Shown here in pieces: positions 8,771-21,499 of a stretch of 32,000 nucleotides of DNA. The notes under the pieces are model-generated. The model was not told the DNA's origin and made no database searches. It saw only the letters and a list, made by a program, of their open reading frames with translations. Positions within the stretch are counted from its first letter, which is position 1; each line of letters begins with the position of its first letter. A program made the translations under genes and the position numbers. The DNA comes from Paramicrosporidium saccamoebae KSL3 (lineage: Eukaryota; Fungi; Cryptomycota): assembly GCA_002794465.1 (NCBI GenBank), contig MTSL01000208.1, forward strand, positions 135,793-167,792, read 5' to 3'.

Positions 8771-9203
8771 TCACTTGGTACTCAATATCGCATGGTAAAA
8801 AAATCCTTAGACTTGGTAACTGATGACGGTTTTGAAGCGATAAAAAACAATTTCCATCCTCCATTGGCGACTCTGATCAGAACATCTACTCGGTGAACCC
8901 GATCTAGCATGCTGAGAGTAGTCGCCTACATAAAGAGATACGTGTAAAGCAGTATATAATATATACGAACCCGACCCCAACAAAGGTTCTGTTGATGAGC
9001 GAATTTGTTTTATTAAGGTATCTGATCCCAACCCAGATAGCCCTTAGTATGACTGGATTGAACTCTAGAATAGCATAAATCTCTGGGTTGGGGCCACTAA
9101 TCATAAAAAGATGCTACCGAATAGGATTTCTACTTCCAACTCAACCCTTCCCCATCCCAGCTATAACCTCACGCTTTAATAAATACCCGCATCCAAATTT
9201 ATT

Positions 9204-11103
9204 TTAGTATACCCTCTTGACTGGTGGGACTGGGGCACATTCTGCAGAGTCCAGCGTCTTCATAGTGACTGGTCGATAGTCAATTCGCGTCTTGTTGTCC
9301 TTTTGATTGTTCCATGAAAGCGTATGTTTCATCCAGTTTGCGTCATCACGTTCCTTAAAATCTTCACGAGAGTGGGCACCACGACTCTCCTTGCGATCTC
9401 GGGCAGAATACATGGTCTGCACTGCATTTGTCATTAGATTCTGCAGCTCCAGAGCCTCCACCAGATCAGTGTTCCAAATCAGACTGCGATCAGTCAGACT
9501 AAGATCATTCAGCCGACTGGCAATCTTGTCGATTTGAACGACACCCTCTTCGAGGGATTCCTGCGTGCGGAATACGGCAGCATTTGCCTGCATACACTTT
9601 TGCATCGCCAGACGTACCTCGGCGGTGGGTGAGCCGTCTTTGGAGTTACGAACACGATCAAAATTGCTTAGGGAGGCTTCGCCAGCATCAGCTGATAGGA
9701 CAGGGAGAGGGGTTCCTGGCTTCAAAGTTTCAGCAATATGAAGGGCACAGGCGCGTCCAAATACCACCAGATCCAGCAGCGAATTGGCACCAAGTCGATT
9801 TGCTCCATGCACAGAGACACAGGCAGCCTCGCCGGCAGCATAGAGGCCAGGAACTATCTTGTCCTCGCCCGTCTTGCTGTCATGTGTAATGACTTCTCCA
9901 GTGTAACGTGTGGGAATGCCTCCCATATTGTAATGCACCGTGGGAAGTACAGGAATCGGCTCCTTGGTAACGTCAACACCGGCAAAGATGGCTGCAGTCT
10001 CTGATATTCCAGGCAATCGTTCCTTGAGCACCTCAGCAGGGAGATGGGAAAGCTGTAAGTAAATGTGATCTTTATCGGAGCCACATCCACGTCCCTCCCT
10101 GATTTCGACAGTCATTGAACGTGACACAACATCGCGGGAAGCCAAGTCCTTTGCTGTCGGAGCATATCGTTCCATGAAGCGCTCTCCATTGGCATTTAAT
10201 AGGATCCCACCCTCACCACGACATCCTTCTGTAATTAGACATCCAGCACCGTATATTCCCGTGGGATGGAACTGCACAAATTCCATGTCCTGAAGGGGTA
10301 GTCCTGCTCTCGTCACCATGGCGTTCCCGTCGCCGGTGCAAGTGTGCGCAGAGGTACATGAAAAGTACGCTCGTCCATATCCGCCCGTTGCTAAAACAGT
10401 TTTATGTGCTCGGAAGCGATGAAGGGTGCCGTCCTCCATGCAATATGCCAACACTCCACGACATTCGCCATTCTCCATCAACAGATCCAACGCAAAGTAC
10501 TCTATAAAGAAGCGCGTGTCATGCTTCAATGCCTGTCCGTAAAGAGTATGCAGAATTGAATGTCCTGTCCGATCCGCTACTGCAGCACAGCGATACGCCT
10601 GGCCGCCTTTGCCAAAGTTCAGGGATTGTCCTCCAAAGGCACGTTGATAGATTTTTCCCTCGTCAGTACGGCTGAATGGAACGCCATAGTGCTCCAGTTC
10701 TATAACTGATTGCGGCGCTTCACGGCACATGTAATGGATTGCGTCTTGGTCTCCCAGCCAGTCACTGCCCTTTACCGTATCGAACATGTGCCAGCGCCAG
10801 TCATCGCTTCCCATATTTCCCAATGCCGCGTTAATGCCACCCTACCAATAAGTCGTGGCTTACTCATACCTGGGCAGCGACCGTATGTGAACGGGTAGGG
10901 AACACTTTGCTGATGCAGGCAACATTAAAGCCCGCTTCTGCCAAGCCAAAGGCTGCACGTAGTCCAGCTCCGCCAGCTCCGACGACAACCGCATCAAATG
11001 AGTGATCCACAATAGTGTATGCAGGCTGTCCTGCAAAGGTCCTCTTTGCTATCCGGCCAACAGTGCGACTGAATAGACTAGTAGCGGACTTGAATTGAAT
11101 CAT
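9204..11103 (-). CDS. SDH1: Succinate dehydrogenase flavoprotein subunit, mitochondrial, 623 aa
   Basis: Presequence-like N-terminus and [10 protein letters not shown]. The FAD motif [16 protein letters not shown] is restored by a 28-nt intron at 10842-10869. Also QFHPTG and [13 protein letters not shown]. Confidence 0.98.
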
Positions 11104-11203
11104 TAGTCAATTTCCTGTCCCCGGCAACTCCCATTTTGGATGACATTGACAGACTTACATAAGCAATACATAGCAAAGCCCCTCTAACAAATATAAGCAA
11201 TCT

Positions 11204-14200
11204 TTATTCGCCATCAGTCTCGTCGCTCTCATCGTCATCCTCATCGGTGGCAAAAAGCTCCCGGGGAAAGAGGCGGCCTTGTTGGGGGTTTCTTGCAATA
11301 AAGGCTGGAATGCCTCCTGCTATGTAGAGCCTCTTAAGAAAATCATATCGGTATTCAGACAATCGTAGCGGCCCACCTCGCCTATAGAAATTATGAACAC
11401 TGGGATATGCTTACTTGAAACCAAGATCTGCTTCTCCATGTTTGTCGACGTAGGGTGCAGGTATGGCACATATCCTTTGACGGCCGCTGCTGAGGGTCCC
11501 ATGAGTGAGAATCACGGTGCACTGATGGACATCTATGATCATGGACTGGGAACTCTGACATCTAAAAAGTAAATTATCAGCTAGAGATTCGTACAGTGGG
11601 CAGGGGAAGTCAGCGCCACAGCAACTTGGATTTGCACAAAACCATTCTTGGCAGACTAGGCAGAGCAGAGACATTTTCCCCAAGGAGCACGATGTGCAGC
11701 GCTTGCTACTAAACATGACAAGATCAGAGTACTCTTCGGGGAGTCGCATAAAGGTCAATGGGACAATGGGATGTTCCACATCTTGGACCATGGCAGCCAA
11801 ATCAATACTAGCACCAGCGGCCTTGGATTTAGCGACCAGTCCCTTGATAAATTCAAAGTTGTCAACTCTTTCAAATTCAGGGAAGAGCCAGCGAGCGTCC
11901 TCGGGTATATCGAGCACTGATTGACCAAACCAAAGATGGACCAATACAGCAAGCCCCTTTACATCCATGGTGATCATGGAATACAGGTTCTGGTACCATG
12001 TATTACGCAACTCCTCGGATAGCCCATCCGCTGCAGTGTAATTGCTGATGGAGCATACTTCAGAAAAGATTTGCATCTTCATCAACGATACCAAATATGG
12101 CAATTTTTCCACCGATTCCTCCAGCTTGGAGAAATTAAGATACATGCGATACATAAAGGCAAGGATGTTTTTGTTGGTGACTTTTAGGGGTCCTGGGTCG
12201 TCTTGATTCGCAAATACAGATGCTCTTATACAATTTGCCATTCTCAGAACATTATCCGCCTCAGGGCCACTCTCAAGGAAACACAACTGCTGGGCACACC
12301 CAGCTAAATAACCAAGAGAACGGGCGGGAGCATTTGTCACTTGTTCAAGAAACTCCATAGTTAATTCGCTGCAGTGTTCACTAATTAGACCCATCACAGA
12401 GTCATCATCAAGACTTTTAGCAATTCTGGGCAAATCTACTTTGACTGCTATCACAGGTGGGTTTCGATTCACTGGGAAAAGCCTATGGGCCGGAAAGCTA
12501 CACAGGGGACAATTGGCCATTGCGTCCTCAGAGGATTGCTTCAGGCGATTGTAGCATGATTGGTGCATCAAGTGGAAGCACGAGACTAAACTGGCACGTG
12601 TCGATGATACAAACGACTGCGAAGAAACCAGGTCCGAGCGGAGAGAGATGCCTACAGCATATGAGGCGAGGCCATATTCCTCAGTGTTATAGTCGGCGGG
12701 TTCGGTGCAGACAACGCAGGTTCCATTCTCAACCATTTCAACGTGCTCCATCTCCACCAATTCGCCGTCTGCTGTGAGCGCATCCGCATTTGTACATGCA
12801 AATGTCTCCTGAGCCTGTCTCATAGAATCCAGCATCTTTTGTCGTCTTGCCTCGGCAAGTTCCCGTCCTTGCCTTTTGGTAGATTCGTCAACATCAGCCG
12901 GAACATTGAATCCAGCGATCAGATGGGAAAAAAGGTCCACAAGTCCTTCTCTGCACTCGGCATCCGACTGCCGAACAAAATTAACAAGAACATCCTTTGT
13001 TCTCTCTTCCTTGAATACATCATCTCCATCATGACCCCGTGCACACTCTTCCAGTGAGCCTGTAACCTGTTGAACGAATAAAGCCAACGCAACAAAGTCG
13101 TCAAGTAATTTAAGATAGGATGGTCCTTGTAAACAATGTTGCATCAAATGCTGAAGTGTATAGTAACCGAGGGTAGAAAATAGTTCCCGGATGTGGTAAG
13201 AATTCGGATATTTTTTGGCTAGGATCAGCGACAGAGGCTTGATTTTGAACCGGTGCTGCAGAAATTGAAATGCCTTCTGTCTCGCGCTCGCTTGGAATCC
13301 CCAATAATATTGATTAAACTTGTGTACAGATTCACTCTTCAAATGGTATTGGGCATTAGATAGGATTGAATCAGATTCTAATAGATTGGCGACATTCAGC
13401 AGGGCAGTAACTAAAGAATTGGGGCCATTACCTCCCGATATTTGACTCTTCAGCTTTGAAAAGGTTTTTGGGCCGTCAGACAACGCATGAACTAGCGCTA
13501 CCTCTAGAGATTCATTAGTGCCTACTTCGACATCAGATCCACAGAACGACGCAAGAATGACTTGCTGGTAAAGTAGCAGCAGAATTGTCACATTTGCTTG
13601 CTCATCCTGGTATCTTGGTACTAGGGGCAGCATGTCATCAAGGAATTGACGAAGCACATCAGGATTAGAAGCAGATGCATGCCAGAAGACGGTAAGATAC
13701 AGACTATTAATGGCAGTGCTGCTCACTGCAATCTCTGCCTGTGCTCTCACGGCAATTCCATTCCTAATCCAATAACCTGATCGAACCTCGGACAAAAGTG
13801 ACAAGCAAGTCATAACACGCGATACATAAGTGGGTGGGATCGGCACTGGCCCGAAATCATCATCATCGGAAATGTGCCTATATCGCTGCAGAAGCGAGCC
13901 CAATAGCCATACGGATGGCTGTTGGAAAGAGGCTCTTCCACTATTCTGCTCATCTGCGAGTTCATACTTTGCGATGAAACTCAGGAATCGAAAGATAGCA
14001 TCTTTGTTGGGAAAGGAGAACGTAAAATCGGAAACGATTCTAAGAAGCATCAGAGATAAATTGATCTGACCCATCCAATCTTCGTCCTCGTACAATACAT
14101 GCTCTCCAATGACCCGCGAGTAGGCAAAGGTCATATCATAAGATCGAATGGTAGCCATAAACGCTTCCCAGTGCTCCTCGTCATGAAGCAGGCCCATTTC

Positions 14201-15523
14201 AATGACAGAATCGTCTGTTGCCACGTACCGAAGCATGTGCACCAGTCCGGACATGTAGTTTGTCCGAACAGTACCACTTCCATGAGTAAGGCCTTCCACA
14301 AAAAACAGAGCCTTATAAAGTTGTTTAACAAAACCCTTCCTCGCAGCCGCCTGGGCAAGCGACGGGACGGTTAAAATCTGCACTGCAAAATGGGAAGTCC
14401 CGAGATGCGACTCTCTATCAGTCAGTTGGCCCTTAATCAAGGAGACTCCATGGCGGACAAAATAATCCAAAAGTGTCATTTTCACAAAATCAAACTGAAG
14501 ACCCACTGTCAAAAGCTCCTGCCAAGTCTTCCGATAGAACTTCCATAACTGGCGTTCATGAGTAAAGAGAAGCTCTACGACAGGTTGAGATGCACCATCA
14601 AATACGCATTGTTGATGCAAGACGGCTTCCATTAATGGCTGTCTTAAGGAGGGATAGTCATGCGCCATCATTGCAAGCCAATTAATAAGGCCATTGATAA
14701 TCAGTTTGGCCACCACGACCGAAGAACATTCCAGGGACACTCTGAGGCCAATGCTACTGATAATCTTTTTCATACGCTCCGCTTGGTCACACTCCGTGGA
14801 CCTTTGGTAATTCCATACACTCGTGAAGCCTTGTTGGTCCACTTCTGTTGCGATCTGACGGGCGAAATCTGAGCTTTTGTCTGTGGCCGCACAGACTATT
14901 TCTATAACCTGAGGAAATGAATGTTTCTCATCATTGAGGAGCACCACAGAATAGTTATCGGATTCAAGCTCCTTGCTTCCAAGGACATGTTCCAAATTTT
15001 CAGCCATCAAACCCATAACCATTGCAAAGACTTGCTGAGCTCGTGATACAAGCTTCTCAGAGTCGGGTAAGTGCGAGTTGGGACTGGGTTCAGTTACTTC
15101 CAGGTGCTTAGGGCAGCTGAGGGGCTTTTTCCAAGATTCCAGCTCTCCACAGTCACAGCTTCCACCGCTCCCTTTACTCAGATAGTAATTATAGTTGTGT
15201 CCCTCGTGGTCACTTCTTTGGAAACAGTCGTTACACAGGACGCAAGTTTCGTCGACAGCACATTCTTTGCAGTGATAAATAAGCTCATCCCGTTTAAAGA
15301 CCCGGCCACAGCTCGGCGACGGAGACTTTTGCTCTCTCTCAAGTATCTCCCGCAAAGATTCATCGTCACCAACGAGCTGCTCGTCACATATATCAGAGAT
15401 GCACCGAATTAGTTGTAATCCAGGGATTGGAGGTTCAAGTGAAACGGCGGCATTGAGACGACGACTAAAAGTGGCATCCATGCTTAATGACTCCCTGGCT
15501 AGCAGCCTGGGCCTCTGATCCAT
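11204..15523 (-). CDS. UBR1: N-degron E3 ubiquitin ligase Ubr1
   Basis: UBR box (CGRVFKRDELIYHCKECAVDETCVLCNDCF), ClpS-like domain (VVLLNDEKHSF) and RING-H2. The C-terminal motif YVDKHGEADLGFKRGGPLRL is restored by a 33-nt intron at 11382-11414. Probable extra in-frame intron at 11562-11594. Confidence 0.95.
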
Positions 15524-15719
15524 ACTCGCCTATTGTAGCCGCTGATCGCACTCACTAATTGTACTCTGCTGTTCGGTTATTTTTGGGATCTCTCTTACTG
15601 CAAAATTACAATACTAGCGACTATTTCCAGATCGAGAACGAGCTACAGCCTTTGTAACCTACCTGCTGATTGAGCCTATCTGCGAGGGAAGATCTGTATG
15701 TACAAGAGGCATGTAGGGT

Positions 15720-16357
15720 TTATTGCCTATGATGGGGATTTTGTGGATGCGCCCAAGGAGCATGAGGCGGCGGGGCAGACATTCCGGGAGGCATCATCCT
15801 GGGACCCAATGGCATATCTGACGGAAACATTCCAGGCTGCATGGGTGGTGCTGGATACATTCCCTGTGGCATTGGCATCATTCCAGGCTGACCAGGAGAC
15901 ATCATACCCATTCCACCAGGCGGCATCATTCCAGGTTGGCCAGGAGACATCATACCCATTCCACTAGGAGGCATCATACCCATTCCGCTAGGAGGCATCA
16001 TGCCCATTCCACCAGGCGGACCCATACCCATTCCATTAGGAGGCATCATTCCCATTCCACCGGGTGGCCCCATGCCAGGCGGCCGAGGGGGGATTAGACC
16101 CGGTGGTGGTCGCATCATAATAGGTGCTGGCACAGGCACCAATTCTCTCCTGGCCTCGTAATCCTTCACAATCTCTCCCACCGTCCGCTGGAGACGATCC
16201 TGGGAGGCGGCGAGAAAGTGCGCGCGAACCTGCACGGCATGTTTCCAGCCAGCATTGTGGTCTTTCCGGACACGGGGGGCGTCATGTGTGAGGAATATGT
16301 CGCAGTAATCTACGCATTAGCAAATGCAAAAAGTCTACCGCAATAGTACTTGGTCAT
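15720..16357 (-). CDS. SNRPC: U1 snRNP protein C (U1-C/Yhc1), 202 aa
   Basis: Spliced N-terminus [30 protein letters not shown] (matrin-type zinc finger) via a 29-nt intron at 16310-16338; Pro/Gly/Met-rich tail. Confidence 0.95.
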
Positions 16358-16389
16358 GACTGCAGACCCCCGGAAGGCTTTGGTCTCAC

Positions 16390-18130
16390 TTATGGCTTAT
16401 GGAGACGAGGGAACAATTGTTCTGTGCTGCACTGCAGCTTGGAAGTGCTAATGGTATTCTGTGCCCAATTCGGATAATACCGATGTTCATTCTTTACGCC
16501 GATCATGTCCAGGATCTGTGTTGCAGTCTTTGGAATGACTGGCTGGACCATGACACAATATGCCGATACGGCATATGCTACATTACCCAGTAATTCTCCA
16601 ACTGCCTGCCATTGGCCCAATTTTACCATATCCCACGGCTTTTCTTCTGAAAAAATTCGATTTGCTTCGTGCAGTACAGGTTGCAGTCTCTCCAGACCTC
16701 CGCTGAAATTGTGTTCGTCGAACAAGGCGGCACTCTCTGCGCAAATGCTATTAACCTTTTCAGTTAGTGTTGGATCGGGAATTCCCAAGCTGCCGGTCTG
16801 ATGATTGAGGAATTTTGGATTAAAGGCACGCGACACTAGATTCCCGAGTTGATTAACCAATTCCCCATTAACCGTCTTGATAATCTGTTCTCTCGAAAAG
16901 TCGCCATCTGCATCCAGCCGACCGTTCCTCAGCAAATAGTATCGGAGAGTTGATTCGCCGTATTCGGACACTGCATCATGGGGTGAGATGACATTTCCAA
17001 CGCTTTTGGACATTTTCGCCCCATCCATAGTCCAGTGGCCATGGACGACAAGACGGGTGGGCAATGGTAGCCCTGCAGCCATCAGGAACGCTGGCCAGTA
17101 TACAGCATGAAATCTACAAATCAGCTACAGACGGCATCTCAGAATCTTACTTGAAAATATCCTTGCCAACTACGTGGACATTCGGCGTGCGAGCCACATC
17201 GGGATATCCTGTGCAGGTCAAATAGTTAGTAAGGGCATCCAGCCACACATAAACCATCTGACTGTCGTCATCTGGAACTGGAATACCCCATCGCACCGTC
17301 TCTTTCCGTCGACTCACTGAAATATCACCAAATTCCTCGTCCGTCAAGAAGGCATGGAGATCGTTTGTCCGTGCGTGTGGAACCACAGCATTCTTTAGCC
17401 ATTCGATGATGCGGGTGCGATAGGCGGAAAGTCGGAACATGTAATTGCGCTCTTCCACCCATTCCACCCGCTGACCAGTCGTCTTTACAATCTTTCCCGC
17501 GGCAGTGTCAACAAGTTTGTGTTCTGGATAGAATGTCTCCTCTGACACGCAGTACCAACCACTATGTACTCCTGCATAAATATCGCCGTTCTGCACCAAT
17601 CTCCTCCACAACTCATGGACGGCACGTCGATGTGACGGTTCTGTGGTGCGTATGAAGCGGGTTGCCGTGATACCGAGCAGCGGTAACATTTCTCTAAATG
17701 TTTTAGAGACATTATCGCACCAGGTCTGAGGGCTCATGTCCGCTCTCTGTGCTGCCTCATACACCTTCTGGCCGTGCTCGTCAGTCCCCGTGTATAGCTG
17801 TGATATTGCACCATCTCTATTACGGACACTCTCCCAGCGTCTGATTGCATCCGCAAGAATTAAACTGTATGCATGTCCAATATGCGGAGCTGCATTTACA
17901 TAGAAAATTGGTGTAGTCACTGCATGAAAAGTAGTAGTTACGGGGGTCTTGGAAGTATTAGTAGAGTCAAGAGAAGTGAGGTCCGGAGTAGCAGAGTCAA
18001 GAGAAGTGAGGTTCGGAGTAGTAAAGTCCGGAGTAGCAAATTCCAGAGTGGTCACATTCGATGCAATAGTTGCATTCGACAATGCTCTTCTTGTAATCAA
18101 CGCTCTCCACGGACCCAAAGTTTTTTGCAT
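16390..18130 (-). CDS. MSM1: Methionyl-tRNA synthetase, mitochondrial type, 567 aa
   Basis: FYVNAAPHIGH (HIGH), YVWLDAL, GKDIFKFHAVYWPAFL (joined by a 37-nt intron at 17114-17150) and KMSKS. Arg-rich presequence-like start at ATG 18130. Confidence 0.95.
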
Positions 18131-18302
18131 GCTTGATATCACCACACTCAATGCCCCAGTCTGGAACTCGCAGAAATATCACATTGCTTTTAGTAGATCC
18201 GTTCTGCATTGTTTTTCATTGATCTAGATCAATTTGCATCTCATTGATTCATACCATATTGAATCGCACAATACTACATAGCACCACACAAAATTACATA
18301 AT

Positions 18303-18349
18303 ACCACACCACACCACATAACACATAACACATAACACATAACACATAA
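18303..18349. repeat. Simple repeats (ACCAC)3 and (CACATAA)5 just after the PPR stop codon
   Basis: Read directly; UG-rich on the transcribed minus strand. Confidence 0.85.
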
Positions 18350-18356
18350 TAAATCA

Positions 18357-21007
18357 CTAGTTTTTCGTGTACAATCTATGGGAATTGGTAGTCTCTTCGA
18401 GCTGGGAAACATAGTCCAAAAGTCGCTGGTCGGGGATGAAGCCGTTGGCCTGCATGGCCTCAAGAGTGTCTTTGGCCCGCTCCACGGCCATTATCCGTCC
18501 GTAGTAGTAAATCCACGCCAAATACAGACCCGGCATGGACAATGTCTTGCTTGACAATGTCTTGGCCCGTTGGTAAAATTCATCGTTCTCCCTAAACGAC
18601 AATCGCAACATTCCACCGATCAGATGAGTTCGCGCCGAATTGGCCACCTCCGAGTCACTGGATTCTAGATCTATTACCAGCTGCTCAGCTTCGTCAAATT
18701 GATTCAGTGCCACTTTTAGACGAACGGTCAGTGCGTAGGAATACTTGTTGGGCTGCACCTGGCCCAGACGCATCCGCTCTAGAACTCGAGAAAATCCGTC
18801 CTGGTCAGCAAGACGACTGTAATGGTTGAGCAGGACGTTGTAGGTACGCACTGTGGGCGACATTAATCCAGCATCCATCTCTGTCAGTGTTGTCCAGACA
18901 GCGTCAATACGATCCATGGCCACCAAGGCTTCTATATAAAAGGAGTAGATGGCCTCGCATAGGATTGGCCCGTGCTTGTTCTGGACCATGGAAAAGATCT
19001 GTATGGCCCTTTCGGGCTTTTCGTTCCGGATGTAAGCCGCCATGACACTTTTCACCGGCCCTGACAACAGCTTCAGTCCAGAAGCCCTATATTCCTGCCA
19101 TAATTCATCCACTCGCCCCAGATCGCCTGCTTCACCTGCCAGATAGATGAGCAGCGCGTAGCTCGTGTGAGTGGGGAAACACTTCATCCGTCGCATTAGC
19201 TCTAGAAACCGTTCCATTTCGGCATATTTTCCATCTACGGCAAGTCCTTGGAGGACAATATTGTACAAGTGGGTATCGGGACGCGTGGAGTTGCGACGCA
19301 GTTGTTCCAGACATTGGTAGGCTGAATCGTAGTCTGAAATCCGTGTGAATGCATACAAAAAGGTCCGCGTGGCATACAAATTGTCGGCCTTGAAAATCAG
19401 TGTTCGGTTCAGATGTTGAACCACGTCCCGCAGGGTCTCAATATCCTCCAACCCCAGGAGATGTCGCACCAGGTTACTGTATTCCATCAGACGCACATTA
19501 CCCTTGTCCTTGAGTTGATACCAGAGCTGTCGCAGCTCATTCGTCTTTCCCTGTTGTCCAAGTAAACTGATGGCCATGGACCGGGCGTAGTGGCCCCCAT
19601 CGATTCCATTTTCTCGCATGTGATCCAAGAGGGTGAAGAATTGCGAATACATGCTCCGTCGATGGTAGTAGGATAATAGATGATTGTAATTCTGGCTGTT
19701 GGGCTCGAACCCGGCCGCCTTCATGTGATCGAGGATCTCTAGAGCATCCTGGAGTCGGTCCAAATCGAGGAACATGCCAAATAACATGGAAAATGTCATG
19801 AACACTGGCACAGTCTCCCGCTTAATCTGTTCGTAGATCCGCAAAGCATTCTTCACATCTCCCACCCGAGTGTAGGCTGATAGCAACGAATTGAGACAAT
19901 GAATATTGGCCAGTGTCTGATTCTGTTCAGTGTATTGCTGCAGGAAATCCTCTGCCTTTCGGACAAGGCCGTTGTTGGCATACAAATGCGTCACCAGTCC
20001 GCAAATATGCTCATCAGTCACAATTGAATACATTGACATTTCTGACAGAATCTTTTCCCCAAACTCAACGTTGCGCATCCTTGTAGCCAGGAGCAGCATC
20101 AGGGTGAAAAAGTGGTTATTAGGCGTCAATCCATCGCGCAGTACCATTTTGTAGATCCCAATCGCAGTGGTCGCATCTACAAGACGTACTTGTTCCTGCT
20201 GGACATGTTCAGAAAAGGGTTGTCGGTTTCGCACATAGGCTTTCTCCGTCTCAGTCCTAGTTCGATTCGCAAGCTCCAAGTCTACCGTCTTGACAAATGC
20301 CTGAAGTAGCTCAATGTATCCATAAATGCTAACCGGCAATTGCTTTGCCCGCATCTCTTCATATACGGCAAGGGCGCCGCCGTAATCGCACATCCTCGCA
20401 TGACATCCCATCAGAGCAATGTACACGGAGGAAATGCCCCGATGCGGGCCATCCTCGCCCTCCGCCATCTTTAAAAGATGCTCAGCAAGTCGTATTTGAT
20501 ACATTTCGCCGCATGCAACGATCATCCGGCCGTATTGTTCATAGCTTCGACAAGGCAATGCAACAAACTTGTGCAACATGGCAATGAAACATTCGGACAA
20601 GTTATTATCCCGAGCAGCCGCCAATATTTCGTCCCAGGAAACGCATTTGTGGCTGGACAGCACCCTATCTAATGCGGGAATGTCCGGATACGGTGCATCG
20701 TTCAGCAGAATGTCTTTGGTCGAATGGCCCTTGATCCTTCGGTCACCCGAATGCTGTCGGGCCAACAGTATCAAAACTTTGAGTGCTGCATCGAATGCAA
20801 CTATTTGACATTCTGGTGTGTCCTTGGGCAGGGTTTGCAGCTTCTCCAATGCCTCGGAAATTCCTTCCCTCTTTCCCATTGGCCTGCTCCTTGCATGAAC
20901 CGTCTACAATCAACACATGAACCGTCTCATACACTAAACCGAAGCCGTGGATGCTCGATGCACCGTGGGGAGAAAAGTCTCCCGACGGAGCGGAACATGC
21001 GCAGCAT
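18357..21007 (-). CDS. Mitochondrial pentatricopeptide repeat (PPR) protein, about 873 aa
   Basis: Many 35-aa PPR units (e.g. HCLNSLLSAYTRVGDVKNALRIYEQIK; YNIVLQGLAVDGKYAEMERFLELM). An upstream exon 21007-20933 (MLRMFRSVGRLFSPR, presequence-like) joins in frame through a 29-nt intron at 20904-20932. Confidence 0.9.
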
Positions 21008-21039
21008 TTCTGGGCCCAGCCGGAGAAATGGCCCCTGCC

Positions 21040-21437
21040 ATGGCCGCGGAGTTGCAGAAAGAGGCACTGCGGGTGTTTGCTCGTCTCTTGCGGGTGCAAA
21101 GGAAGACTTTTGCGGGAGATGCACCACTTATTAGAGGTAAATTGCGGAATGGCCACTCAACTTGAAGCGGCAAGGGAAAAGACCCGAAAGGAGTTTGAGG
21201 CGGGACGGAGTGCCATTGGCGACCTCGAAAACTTTCAAAAGGCAGTCGCCGGGTGTCAGATTGATTTTGTAGAAGATAAAGGAGGCAAAGGAGGTCTGTG
21301 AGCTCCTGGAGCACAACATAATCCAGGGTGAGATGATTGCAGGCACGCCCAGCCAGCCATACTTTCGTCTGAATTTCCGGCCTGAAATTGAGATCAATGA
21401 TGGACATATGAAAGGCAAGTTTGGCAAGTGTTGCTAA
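21040..21437 (+). CDS. MZM1: LYR-motif complex III assembly factor Mzm1/LYRM7, about 112 aa
   Basis: ALRVFARLLRVQRKTFAGDAPLIRAAREKTRKEF...EVCELLEHNIIQG...YFRLNFRPEIEIND. Needs introns at 21137-21167 and 21245 (or 21242)-21272. Alternative ATG at 21028. Confidence 0.8.
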
Positions 21438-21499
21438 TCGCATATATAAAGATTTTTATCATGGCCAACTTTATTATTCACATCGTGCATCTTTGAGAA

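Noticed and set aside
8820-8876. TGATGA...CTGA spaced like a C/D snoRNA
   Set aside because: The C box lacks the leading purine, there is no clean terminal stem or D'/C' pair, and I recognise no rRNA complement. A snoscan run would settle it.
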